A stretch of 64,000 bases of DNA from Candidatus Dormiibacterota bacterium (lineage in GTDB: Bacteria > Chloroflexota > Dormibacteria > Dormibacterales > Dormibacteraceae): NCBI GenBank assembly GCA_036794405.1, contig DAIRGV010000001.1:44550-108549 (forward strand). The letters run 5' to 3'. The position numbers were made by a program, and so were the translations under genes. The notes under the pieces are model-generated. The model was not told the origin of the DNA. It saw nothing but the letters and a program-made list of their open reading frames with translations, and ran no database searches. Shown here one piece after another: positions 17,414-26,031 of the stretch (positions are counted from its first letter, which is position 1; the number at the start of each line of letters is the position of its first letter).

Positions 17414-18499
17414 TTGAGGCTGGTCTCGCTCACGCTGCGCAACTATCGAAACTACGCTCGCCTCCAACTCGAGCTTGGACCTAGGCTCAACGTTTTCCTC
17501 GGCCGCAACGCCCAGGGCAAAACCAACCTGCTTGAGTCGGTCGCCATACTCGCTCTTTCCTCCTCGCCTCGGGCGCGCCGCGAGTCGGACCTGATCGGAC
17601 CGCTGGCGTCCGATGCGCTGGTCGAGGCAGTCGTGGAGAGCGGCGGACGCCGGGTCGAACTCTCGCTCCGCGTGTCGCAGGAATCGGAGCGCACAGGCAA
17701 GACCATCCGTGTCGACGGAGTCGCCCGCCGCGCCGTCGATCTGCCCGGCGAGGTCCAGGCGACTCTCTTCTGGCCCGATGACTTGAGCCTCGTCAAGGGC
17801 GGGCCGGAGCACCGAAGACGGTTCCTGAACGAGATGCTGGTCCAGGTCGTCAAGGGCTACGGACGGACGCTGGCGCGCTATCGCCGCGTACTCGACCAGC
17901 GCAACCACCTGCTGAAGCGGATCGCCGGCCGCCAGGAGGGGCGAGACTCGCTCGCCGTTTGGGACGCGGAGCTCGCAGCCCTCGGCGGAGCGCTCGCCAG
18001 CGCTCGTGCCCTGGCCACCGCCGACCTGGCACCTTTGGCCGCGGCGGGTCATGCCGCGATCTCCGGCGGCGAAGTGCTGGGCCTGTCCTACCTTGGGCCC
18101 GCCGGCGATCTGGCGACGGTCCTCGCCGCCACGCTGGACGAGGACCTGCGCCGGGGTACCACCGGGGCGGGCCCCCATCGCGACGACCTGTCGATCGCCA
18201 TCGATGGAGCCGACGCGCGCAGCTTCGCCTCCCAGGGACAGCAACGGACGGCGGTGGTCAGCCTCAAGCTGGCCGAGTCCGACCTGATCGAATCTCGCTC
18301 GGGGGAGCGGCCGATCCTACTCCTCGATGATGTACTCAGCGAGCTCGATCCGCAGCGCCGCGAGGCCCTTCTGGCGCGGGTCGGAGAGGCCGGCCAGGTG
18401 ATCGTCACGTCGGTCGAGGCCGATCCATTTCCGCCCGCGCTGATGGAGCTCGCGGCTGTGCGCTGCATCAGTGGCGGACGCGTGGAAAGTTGTGGATAG
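17414..18499 (+). CDS. recF: DNA replication and repair protein RecF
   Basis: LTLRNYRNY...FLGRNAQGKTNLLES (Walker A), and signature/Walker B ILLLDDVLSELD. Confidence 0.9.
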   Translation: MRLVSLTLRNYRNYARLQLELGPRLNVFLGRNAQGKTNLLESVAILALSSSPRARRESDLIGPLASDALVEAVVESGGRRVELSLRVSQESERTGKTIRVDGVARRAVDLPGEVQATLFWPDDLSLVKGGPEHRRRFLNEMLVQVVKGYGRTLARYRRVLDQRNHLLKRIAGRQEGRDSLAVWDAELAALGGALASARALATADLAPLAAAGHAAISGGEVLGLSYLGPAGDLATVLAATLDEDLRRGTTGAGPHRDDLSIAIDGADARSFASQGQQRTAVVSLKLAESDLIESRSGERPILLLDDVLSELDPQRREALLARVGEAGQVIVTSVEADPFPPALMELAAVRCISGGRVESCG

Positions 18500-18791
18500 G
18501 ATCGGAAAGCTGTTGCCCAAGGTGCTGGCCCGGCAGCCGGCGTCAGGTCGCGTCATCGAGATGCGGGCTCGTCTCGCTTTTGCTGAAATCCTCGGCGCGG
18601 ACCTGGCTCGGGACTGCGAAACGCTCGAGCTGCATGGCTCGACCCTCACCGTCATCACACCGAACCCGGCGCTCGCCCACCAGCTCCGGCTGGATGCAGA
18701 GCAGCTCCTGGAGCGTCTCAACGCCGCTACACCGGGCCGCCGTATCCGCGCCCTGAAGGTGCGGACGGGCCGGCGATCGCCTTCCTCCTGA
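18471..18791 (+). CDS. DUF721 / DciA-like protein
   Basis: About 100 aa in the conserved post-recF position. ...FAEILGADLARDCETLELHGSTLTVITPNPALAHQLRLDAEQLLERLN fits the DUF721 pattern. The start could instead be GTG 18492. Confidence 0.6.
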   Translation: MADAWKVVDRIGKLLPKVLARQPASGRVIEMRARLAFAEILGADLARDCETLELHGSTLTVITPNPALAHQLRLDAEQLLERLNAATPGRRIRALKVRTGRRSPSS

Positions 18792-18813
18792 AGCGGCCGA
18801 GATCTTTGGCCCG

Positions 18814-21702
18814 ATGACCTTGAATCGCGAGCAGCGGCAGGCGGTGGCGGAGCTTCGGGGTCCGGTCCGGGTCGTCGCCGGTGCGGGAACCGGCAAGACC
18901 GCCGTTGTCGCCGAACGTTTCCGCCGTCTGGTCGCGGCGGGCGCCCCGCCGGATTCGATCTTGGTCATGACCTTCACCGAGCGGGCTGCCGCCGAGATGC
19001 GGGCAAGGATCGAGGCGGGTCTCGGCACCTACCTCGGCGAGATCTGGGTCGGCACCTTCCATTCGGTCGCGCAGGCGTTGCTGCGCGAGGACGGATGGAG
19101 GGTGGGCGTTCCACCCAGCTTCAGGGTGCTGGCGGGCGCCGACCGGTGGATCCTGATGCGAGAGCTTCTCTGGGAACTGGGCGACGCGGCCCTGGTCGGG
19201 GCAGAGCGACCGGACGATCTCGTAAACCCGCTCCTGCGACTGCTGGAACGGCTGAAGCAGGAGCTGATTCCAGCCAACCGGCTGGAAGATTGGGCTCGCG
19301 GCTGCGAGGACCGGGTCCTCGGGGAGCAAATGCTGGCCGCAGTCCGGCTGTTCCGCGCTTATGGTCGGCGCTGCGACGCCGAGCGGATGCTCGACTTCGA
19401 CGACCTGATCCTTCGCCTGGTACGGCTGCTCGAAGGCCGCGCCGAGGCGAGGGAGAGGAATGTAAAACGTTTTACATCCGTCCTGGTCGACGAGTATCAG
19501 GACTCCAACCTCGCGCAGGAGCGGATGGTTGAACTGCTCTCCGGGAGCGGCAACGTCTGCGTCGTGGGCGATGACGACCAGAGCATCTATCGTTTCCGTG
19601 GAGCATCTTTGGCCAGCATGGAGAGGTTCGTCCGGTCCTTTCCTGCGGCCACGACCCGCTCTCTCGGACGCAACCGCCGGAGCACCGGGAACGTCGTCGC
19701 CGGCGCGGCAGCCTTGATCGAGAATAACCCGAATCGGCTCCCCAAGATCCTTACCTCATTCCGCGGCTCCGGCCCGCGGATTGCAATCGCACACGCGGCC
19801 ACCGGACTCGACGAGTCGCTACAGATCGCTCAACGGGTCGGCAAGCTCGTCGAGACCGGCGTGGCTCTTCGCCGGATCGCGCTCCTGGTCCGAACCAACG
19901 CCCTTGCTCGCCCCATCGTTCTCGCGTTGCGTGCCGCCGGCATCCCACACCAGCTCTGGGGAGCGCGGGGCTTCTACCGGCGGCCCGAGATCCTCGACGT
20001 CATCGCGTATCTGCGGCTGCTCGCCGATTCGTCCGACGAGCTCGCCATCAGCCGCCTGGCCGCGCGCCCGGCGGCCGCTCTGGATCCGCTGGAAGTGCTT
20101 TCGAGGCTGTCGGCGGCTCGCGCAGCCGGCCAGCCGCCGCTGGTGGCCCTCGAAGGCTGGCCGCCCGCAGGGGCCTGGGTCGCCACGATCCGCCGCTTGA
20201 CCGGCCTCGCCAGCCGGCTCGGCATCGACGAGCTGTTCTTCGAGTTGATGGCATCGACCGCCTACCTCGAGGTCACGACATTCGAGAGCGAGCTCGAACA
20301 GCGGCAGGTCGCCGCCAACCTTGCCAAGTTCAGTGAAGTGATCGACGGCTTCCGGGAGCGAAGCCGATACCAATCGCTCGGCGCCTTCCTCGGCTACCTC
20401 GAGCTGGTCCTTCTTTCTGAGGCCGAGGAGGAGGTGGCACAGGTCGAGGAGGTGGAGGCCGCCGTCCAGGTCATGACCATCCACCAGGCCAAGGGCCTCG
20501 AGTTCGACGCCGTGTTCGTCCCGGCCGTGGTCGAAGGCAGGCTGCCCCAGCCACACCGCGGCGACCGCTTCCGGATCCCGGTCCAGCTGGCCGGGGAGAC
20601 GGCCGGTCGCGAAGACCAGATCGCAGAGGAGCGCCGCCTCCTCTATGTCGCGATGACGCGGGCTCGCGACAGGCTCCAACTGAGCTGGGCTGACAGCTAC
20701 GAGGGCGCCCGGGCATGGCGTCGCTCCCGCTTTCTGGACGAGGTGGAGGCGGCCGGGGCCCGCCACTTCCGCCAGGTCCTGGTCCCACCCCTCGGGGGAG
20801 GCATGGGAGCGGTGGTCGCGAGCCGGGAAGGCACGGGCCTCGACTCCGATTCCCGGCCGGGCCCAGGTCGCCGCCGTCGCCCTCGGTCAACCGCGTCCGG
20901 GCCCGCGGCGAGACTCTCCTTCAGTGGGATCAGCACCTATCGTGAGTGCCCTCGTCAATACCAGTACCGCTACGTCCATCAGCTGCCCGTGGCCGCCACC
21001 GCCGAGGCGCAGTACGGGACCATCCTGCACGCGGCGCTCATGCGCCTGGGGCGACTGCGGATGGCCGAACCGGAGGTTACGTCTGACGCGCTTGATCGTC
21101 TCTACGACGAGGTCTGGGAAGAGCTGCCCTTCCCCGATCCCCGTCGCCTTCCCGCCCTCCGCGCACTCGGGAGGCGGCAGTTGGAACGCTATCGGCTGGC
21201 GGGCGGCTTCCTGGCCCGTCCGGCAATGGTCGAGCAGTCGTTTACCGCGGAGCTTGACGGCTGGAAGCTCCGTGGGATCATCGACCGGGTAGACCCACCC
21301 CCCACCCTTGAGGGTGGGGACCAGGCTTCCCGCCACGGAAAGCGGGCCTCCGCTACGGCCCCGCCTGGAGTCGAGCAGCCGCAGTTGGGCCGCTGGCGGA
21401 TCATCGACTACAAGACCGGAGATCCGATGCCCGCCAGCCGGCTTCGCCGCGACCTGCAGCTGGCGCTTTATGCGCTCGGGGCTCGGCGCGCTCTAGGGCT
21501 CGGCGAACTGGAGTTGGAGATCGTCTACCTGAAGGACGCGAGCCGAATCCTGCTCCCGGCCGGCGACAAGCTGCTGGCCGAAGCCGAGAGCGTCGGTCGG
21601 GAGGTTGCCGAGGCGGTCGACGCCGGCCGGTTTGAGCCGCGCCCAGAGCGGAGGCGCTGCTCGCTCTGCCCTTACCGGCTGGCCTGCCCCGCCGCCCTGT
21701 AG
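18814..21702 (+). CDS. UvrD/PcrA-type helicase fused to a PD-(D/E)XK (RecB/Cas4-like, Fe-S) nuclease
   Basis: AGAGTGKT Walker A, VLVDEYQDSN, VMTIHQAKGLEFD, YVAMTRAR. C-terminal GIIDRVD...IIDYKTG and Cys pattern YRECPRQ...CSLCPYRLAC. Confidence 0.85.
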   Translation: MTLNREQRQAVAELRGPVRVVAGAGTGKTAVVAERFRRLVAAGAPPDSILVMTFTERAAAEMRARIEAGLGTYLGEIWVGTFHSVAQALLREDGWRVGVPPSFRVLAGADRWILMRELLWELGDAALVGAERPDDLVNPLLRLLERLKQELIPANRLEDWARGCEDRVLGEQMLAAVRLFRAYGRRCDAERMLDFDDLILRLVRLLEGRAEARERNVKRFTSVLVDEYQDSNLAQERMVELLSGSGNVCVVGDDDQSIYRFRGASLASMERFVRSFPAATTRSLGRNRRSTGNVVAGAAALIENNPNRLPKILTSFRGSGPRIAIAHAATGLDESLQIAQRVGKLVETGVALRRIALLVRTNALARPIVLALRAAGIPHQLWGARGFYRRPEILDVIAYLRLLADSSDELAISRLAARPAAALDPLEVLSRLSAARAAGQPPLVALEGWPPAGAWVATIRRLTGLASRLGIDELFFELMASTAYLEVTTFESELEQRQVAANLAKFSEVIDGFRERSRYQSLGAFLGYLELVLLSEAEEEVAQVEEVEAAVQVMTIHQAKGLEFDAVFVPAVVEGRLPQPHRGDRFRIPVQLAGETAGREDQIAEERRLLYVAMTRARDRLQLSWADSYEGARAWRRSRFLDEVEAAGARHFRQVLVPPLGGGMGAVVASREGTGLDSDSRPGPGRRRRPRSTASGPAARLSFSGISTYRECPRQYQYRYVHQLPVAATAEAQYGTILHAALMRLGRLRMAEPEVTSDALDRLYDEVWEELPFPDPRRLPALRALGRRQLERYRLAGGFLARPAMVEQSFTAELDGWKLRGIIDRVDPPPTLEGGDQASRHGKRASATAPPGVEQPQLGRWRIIDYKTGDPMPASRLRRDLQLALYALGARRALGLGELELEIVYLKDASRILLPAGDKLLAEAESVGREVAEAVDAGRFEPRPERRRCSLCPYRLACPAAL
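19460..19477. other. parS-like AT-rich motif, site 4 (perfect 18-bp palindrome ATGTAAAACGTTTTACAT)
   Basis: Read directly. Inside the helicase gene, encoding N-V-K-R-F-T as AAT GTA AAA CGT TTT ACA. Confidence 0.6.
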
Positions 21703-22859
21703 CGTGCCGCGACCAGCAGGCACTGGTGAGCGATGTCGAGGCTGGCGTAGGGCCTTGAGATCTCGGCCGCCCGCTCTGACATCGATCGCCAGCGCTCACT
21801 TCCGGATTGGGCGAGCTCCTGCACCGCCTCCAGGAGCTGCTCCGGCTTTGGTGTGTAGAGGCCCAGGCCCGACTCGGTGACGAAGGTCACGTTAGGCGTC
21901 TCCTGGCCGGGTAGGTAGCTGGTCAGGAGGATCGGTACCTCGGTCGCAAGGGCCTCGCCGATGGCGCCGGGGCCGGCCTTGCTGACCACGAGGTCGCCCG
22001 CCCGCATCAGGTCCGGCATGTTGTCGACGAAGCCGAGGATCAGGGCCCGGGACTTGAAGTTGACCCTCGCCAACCTCCGGCGCAGCTTCTCATTGCGCCC
22101 GCAGACGACTATCAGCTGCCAGTCGCCGGCCCGGCGAGCAAGTGCACGCACCTGGGTGAGGAGCTTGCCCGAGCCTTCGCCTCCGCCCGAGACAAGGATC
22201 GTGAAGCGGTCCTGGTCGAGGCCGAAGCGTCGTCGCAGCGCTGCTTTCTCGCCGGGCGCGGGTGGGCGGAAGCGGAGGTCCACGGGGAGGCCGAGCAGTT
22301 GCACTCTGTCCTTCGGCAGCGACGCGGCGAGACATTCCTGGCGGGCGCCCTCGGTCGGCACGATGGTCAGGTCGGAGTGGGGGAACATCCAGCCGAGGTG
22401 GAACTCGACCAGGTCGGTGATGACGGTGACCAGGCCGCGGGGGCGTCCGCCGCGTCGAATCGCCTGCCAGGCCACGTGGTTGAGGAGGGGGTGGACGGAT
22501 AGCACGAGGTCGGGATCCTGCGCGCGGATCGCGTTGCCGATGATGCGGCGGATCCGGCCTCCGAAGACGCCCCGCACGGCCGCGAAGACGGGGCGGTTGT
22601 TGAAGCCGTGGTAGAGAGCGCCCCAGAGTGCCGGTGAGCGCTGGATGATCGGCGAATAAAGGCCGGCAAGCCGCCGCACGAGGCCGGGAGATGAATCGGC
22701 GCCCATCAGCGGGTCGAGCTTCGCGATTTTGGCCTGGGGGTCAAGCTGCACCAGCGCCTGCTCCAGCGCTTTGGCTGCAGCGCGGTGACCGCCGCCGGTG
22801 TCGGAGAAGAGAATGAGGACTGAAATGCCGCGCACTTCCGTGGCCTGGGTGCCGATCAT
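21672..22859 (-). CDS. GT28-family glycosyltransferase (MGDG synthase / UgtP-like)
   Basis: ILFSDTGGGHRAAAKAL N-terminus and a C-terminal GT-B fold (KAGPGAIGEALA). Confidence 0.7.
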   Translation of the reverse strand: MIGTQATEVRGISVLILFSDTGGGHRAAAKALEQALVQLDPQAKIAKLDPLMGADSSPGLVRRLAGLYSPIIQRSPALWGALYHGFNNRPVFAAVRGVFGGRIRRIIGNAIRAQDPDLVLSVHPLLNHVAWQAIRRGGRPRGLVTVITDLVEFHLGWMFPHSDLTIVPTEGARQECLAASLPKDRVQLLGLPVDLRFRPPAPGEKAALRRRFGLDQDRFTILVSGGGEGSGKLLTQVRALARRAGDWQLIVVCGRNEKLRRRLARVNFKSRALILGFVDNMPDLMRAGDLVVSKAGPGAIGEALATEVPILLTSYLPGQETPNVTFVTESGLGLYTPKPEQLLEAVQELAQSGSERWRSMSERAAEISRPYASLDIAHQCLLVAARYRAAGQASR

Positions 22860-23077
22860 CGCTGGCCCCTGCCCGAGGCGGCGAACGGGATTCGGGTCGC
22901 GATCAGCACATCCTCCTCGCCGTCCCAGTCCTGGATCGCACAGAGCTGCCTTGCCACGCCGCCCTGAAGGTTAGTGCCGGGGCACTCGGCGCGAGGTGGG
23001 AATATGGTGCGACCGATTACGGTATCTGGAGAAGTGCCTGCCCACGGCAAGGGGCTTCGACTGAGGAGGTCGAGCCT

Positions 23078-24337
23078 TTGATCATCACGCCCAAAGCCCG
23101 GATCGCCATCGTCTCGATGCATACCTCGCCCACGGCCTCCCTGGGCCACAGCGCGAACGGTGGCATGAACGTTTACATCCGCGAGATCTGTGCCGCGTTC
23201 GGCAGGTGCGGCATCGCTACTGATGTCTTCACCAGGCGCGTCGGTGGGGACGACCCGGAGACGGAGATGATGTCGCCCCTCAGCCGCGTCGTCTACCTGC
23301 CTGCAGGCCACGACCACGACGACAAATACCAGCTCGAGCATCATGTCGAGGAGTTCGCCGGCGGGGCACTGGCGTACATCGAGGAGCACGGGCTCGACTA
23401 CCAGCTGACCTACTCTCATTACTGGCTCTCGGGGATGGTCGCGGGCATACTCAGCGAGAAGCTCGATCTTCCGTGGGCGCATACCGCGCACACCCTCGCT
23501 TTGGTGAAGAACCGACAGCTTGCGCCGGGCGCCACCCCGGAGCCGATTGGACGCATTCGGGCTGAGCGAGAGATCGCGACCGAGGCCGACATCCTGATCG
23601 CGAGCACCGCTGACGAGGGTGAGGATCTCACCCACCTCTACGGTGCCGATCCCGACCGGGTCGCGGTGGTGGCGCCTGGGATCGACCTCGCGAGCTTTTT
23701 TCCCCGGCCGAAAGCGGAGGCTCGGCGCAAGATCGGGTTCGCCGGCCAGCGCCTGCTCCTCTTCGTCGGCCGTCTGGAGCGGCTCAAGGGTGTCGAGACC
23801 CTTCTCCGCGCTTTCGGGCTGGCCGCTGATCGGCGCCACCAGGACGTGCGCCTGCTGGTCCTCGGAGAGGACAGCCGGGATGCGAAGCAGAGCGAAAAGG
23901 ACCGCCTCCGGAGGATCGCAGAAGAGCTCCGAATCGCAGATCGGGTGGATTTCCTCGGCCCCGTGGCTCACCACGAGCTCCCCTACTTCTATGCCGCCGC
24001 CGACGCCTGTCTGATGCCTTCCTACAGCGAGTCGTTCGGCCTGGTCGGCCTCGAAGCACAAGCCTGTGGTTGCGCCGTCATCGCATCCAAGGTGGCGGGT
24101 CTGGCCTCGGTTGTGAGAGAAGGCGTCACCGGGTACCTGGTCGAGGGTCACGAACCAGCGGTGTGGGCGGAGCGGATGCTTCGGCTTCTCGACGAGCCCG
24201 AGTCGGCCGACCAGATGGGCCGGCGCGGTGTCCTGCTCGCTCAGCGGTTCCCCTGGGCGCTGACCGCCGATCGGCTGTGGGCGACCATGGAAACCCAGAT
24301 CGTGCCTGCCGAACAGCGCGCCGCCCGCCCGACTTAG
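23078..24337 (+). CDS. GT4 glycosyltransferase resembling D-inositol-3-phosphate glycosyltransferase MshA
   Basis: TTG start preceded by GAGGAGG. IAIVSMHTSPTASLGHSANGGMNVYIREI resembles the MshA N-terminus. SESFGLVGLEAQACG is the GT4 E-x7-E region. The long minus ORF 22856..24358 is its antisense shadow. Confidence 0.7.
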   Translation: MIITPKARIAIVSMHTSPTASLGHSANGGMNVYIREICAAFGRCGIATDVFTRRVGGDDPETEMMSPLSRVVYLPAGHDHDDKYQLEHHVEEFAGGALAYIEEHGLDYQLTYSHYWLSGMVAGILSEKLDLPWAHTAHTLALVKNRQLAPGATPEPIGRIRAEREIATEADILIASTADEGEDLTHLYGADPDRVAVVAPGIDLASFFPRPKAEARRKIGFAGQRLLLFVGRLERLKGVETLLRAFGLAADRRHQDVRLLVLGEDSRDAKQSEKDRLRRIAEELRIADRVDFLGPVAHHELPYFYAAADACLMPSYSESFGLVGLEAQACGCAVIASKVAGLASVVREGVTGYLVEGHEPAVWAERMLRLLDEPESADQMGRRGVLLAQRFPWALTADRLWATMETQIVPAEQRAARPT

Positions 24338-24357
24338 CCCTCGACCGGCCCGGCCCA

Positions 24358-24375
24358 ATGTAAAACGTTTTACAT
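24358..24375. other. parS-like AT-rich motif, site 5 (perfect 18-bp palindrome ATGTAAAACGTTTTACAT)
   Basis: Read directly. Lies in the spacer between two convergent stop codons (24337 and 24404). Confidence 0.6.
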
Positions 24376-24403
24376 CGCCCCGGCTAGGGCTTGGCGGCTC
24401 CCT

Positions 24404-26029
24404 TCAGGAGGTTGCCCAGTGAAGCGCCCGGCAGGAGTATGGGAAGGCTTCCGAATCGAACCCCGTAAGACGGTTTTGACCCGTCCCGTCAGCGTTCATC
24501 AACCAGACCTGCGCGCTCTGTGGAGCCCCGACCAGGAAGGCGATCTGGTGTCCATCCGGCGAGGGCCGGGGAAGGAAGGCGTCCGCATCGGCGTCAGCGG
24601 GGCTGATGGCGGCCGCCACCGTGAGCTGGGCCGGCGGAAGCGCCGTGTTGACTCGAAAGATACGCCACCGGCGCTTACCGGCCTGGTCGAGGCGGGCGCT
24701 GAAGACGAGGTCGCTGGAATCGGCGAGCCAGGCCGGGTCGGCGATCTCGCCGGTGGCAACTGACGTCGCGGCCGCGCTCCCGACCAGTGACTTCAGCTTC
24801 AATACCCCCTGGCCGGCGCCGCCGCTCGAGAGCATGTAAGCGAGCCGGGTGCCGTCGGGCGCCCAGGTGATGCTGCTGATGAGCTCGCTCTCCCGCTGAA
24901 CCCGGTACCTCGCCCGGAGCTGGACATCGTAAGCCCAGATCTCGCTACCGCCCGGTGCTGCCTGGCTGAACGCGATCCGGTTCAGGTCGCGGGACACCGT
25001 GGCCTGGACCACGCCGGAGGCGATTGTGACGGTGGCCCCGGACGGTAGTAGCCGGTTCAGGCGAGACCCGTCCAGGTAGACGTAGCCCGAACGCGCCCCA
25101 AGGTGGGCGGCCCATTCCGCCGAGAAAGGCATCGTCAGCGGGGCGGCGCCGAGCGGGTAGTCGGTCCAGGTGAAGTCGGGATGGCGAACGAGAAGGTTCG
25201 ACCCGTCCGGTGACCACGAGAAGTCATCGGTGGAGGTCTCCTCCAGCAGCCGCGGGAAACCTGCCTCGTCCACCATCCAGACACCCGATCCGGTGTCGGC
25301 GCCGCTCTCGGAGGCGACGAAGGTGATCCAGCGGGAGAGGGAGCGGATTCGCCCGACGGCGAAGTGAAGCTTCTGCGGTGGCAGGTGGTTCCCGTCCTGG
25401 TCGAGGGCATCGCCGCTGATCGAGACCTGGTAGTCAGTGTTGGTACTGAGCAGGCTCCTGGGGGCGATCAGCACCCGCCTTTCATCCGTGGGGTCCGACC
25501 GGACCGTGAAGGGCACTGACGGCGAGAAGGTCACCGCGCCTCGAAAGCTCTCCGCGCTCATCTCGCGGCTGAAGGCGAGAGTGAGGTAGCTTGCGGGGTC
25601 GACCTGGACATCGCCCTGGGCCGGGGCAGACGTCCGAAGCTCCGGCGAAGGCTCGGTCCGGAAGCTCCACCCGTGGTTGAAGCCGTTGACGTTGCCGGCG
25701 CTGTCGCGGTACCCGCCGCCGAGGACGACCGTGTAGAGATGGCTCGGGTCGAGGGTGTCGTGGCGGAAGACCAGCGTGTTGGACTGTTCCCAGGTGATTT
25801 CGCCGCCAACATGGGGCCGAAGGCTGAATCGGGAGGCGACCGAGGCTCGTTCGACGGCCCGGTCGAAGTGGATCCGGATCGGCGCGTTGGTGGGGACGTC
25901 GCGGACGCCGCGCCCAGGCGAGATGTCGAGGATCTGGGGCGGGCTGGAGCAGTCGACCTGCAAGAAGCCCCCCAAGAGTAGGAACAAGACGATCAGCCCG
26001 AGCGGACGTTGGCGGGCGGTCCGGGGCAC
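24404..26029 (-). CDS. secreted or lipid-anchored protein with SbsA-type Ig-like domains and a TolB/PD40-like beta-propeller
   Basis: Signal-like N-terminus RPLGLIVLFLLLGGFLQVDCSS. Two repeats of the ...PTNAPIRIHFDRAV...L...V pattern. C-terminal WSPDGS / WAPDGTRLAY / PSPDGHQIAF PD40 repeats. Confidence 0.65.
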   Translation of the reverse strand: MPRTARQRPLGLIVLFLLLGGFLQVDCSSPPQILDISPGRGVRDVPTNAPIRIHFDRAVERASVASRFSLRPHVGGEITWEQSNTLVFRHDTLDPSHLYTVVLGGGYRDSAGNVNGFNHGWSFRTEPSPELRTSAPAQGDVQVDPASYLTLAFSREMSAESFRGAVTFSPSVPFTVRSDPTDERRVLIAPRSLLSTNTDYQVSISGDALDQDGNHLPPQKLHFAVGRIRSLSRWITFVASESGADTGSGVWMVDEAGFPRLLEETSTDDFSWSPDGSNLLVRHPDFTWTDYPLGAAPLTMPFSAEWAAHLGARSGYVYLDGSRLNRLLPSGATVTIASGVVQATVSRDLNRIAFSQAAPGGSEIWAYDVQLRARYRVQRESELISSITWAPDGTRLAYMLSSGGAGQGVLKLKSLVGSAAATSVATGEIADPAWLADSSDLVFSARLDQAGKRRWRIFRVNTALPPAQLTVAAAISPADADADAFLPRPSPDGHQIAFLVGAPQSAQVWLMNADGTGQNRLTGFDSEAFPYSCRALHWATS

Positions 26030-26031
26030 GT

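Noticed and set aside
22856-24358. 500-aa minus-strand ORF. Similar long Arg/Gly/Pro-rich ORFs include 5481..7127(-), 1227..2603(+), 16994..18244(-), 40727..42493(+), 57061..58863(+), 19819..20766(-) and 54577..56457(+).
   Set aside because: Each lies opposite to, or out of frame with, a gene that has clear family motifs. Stop-poor antisense frames are expected in very GC-rich DNA.
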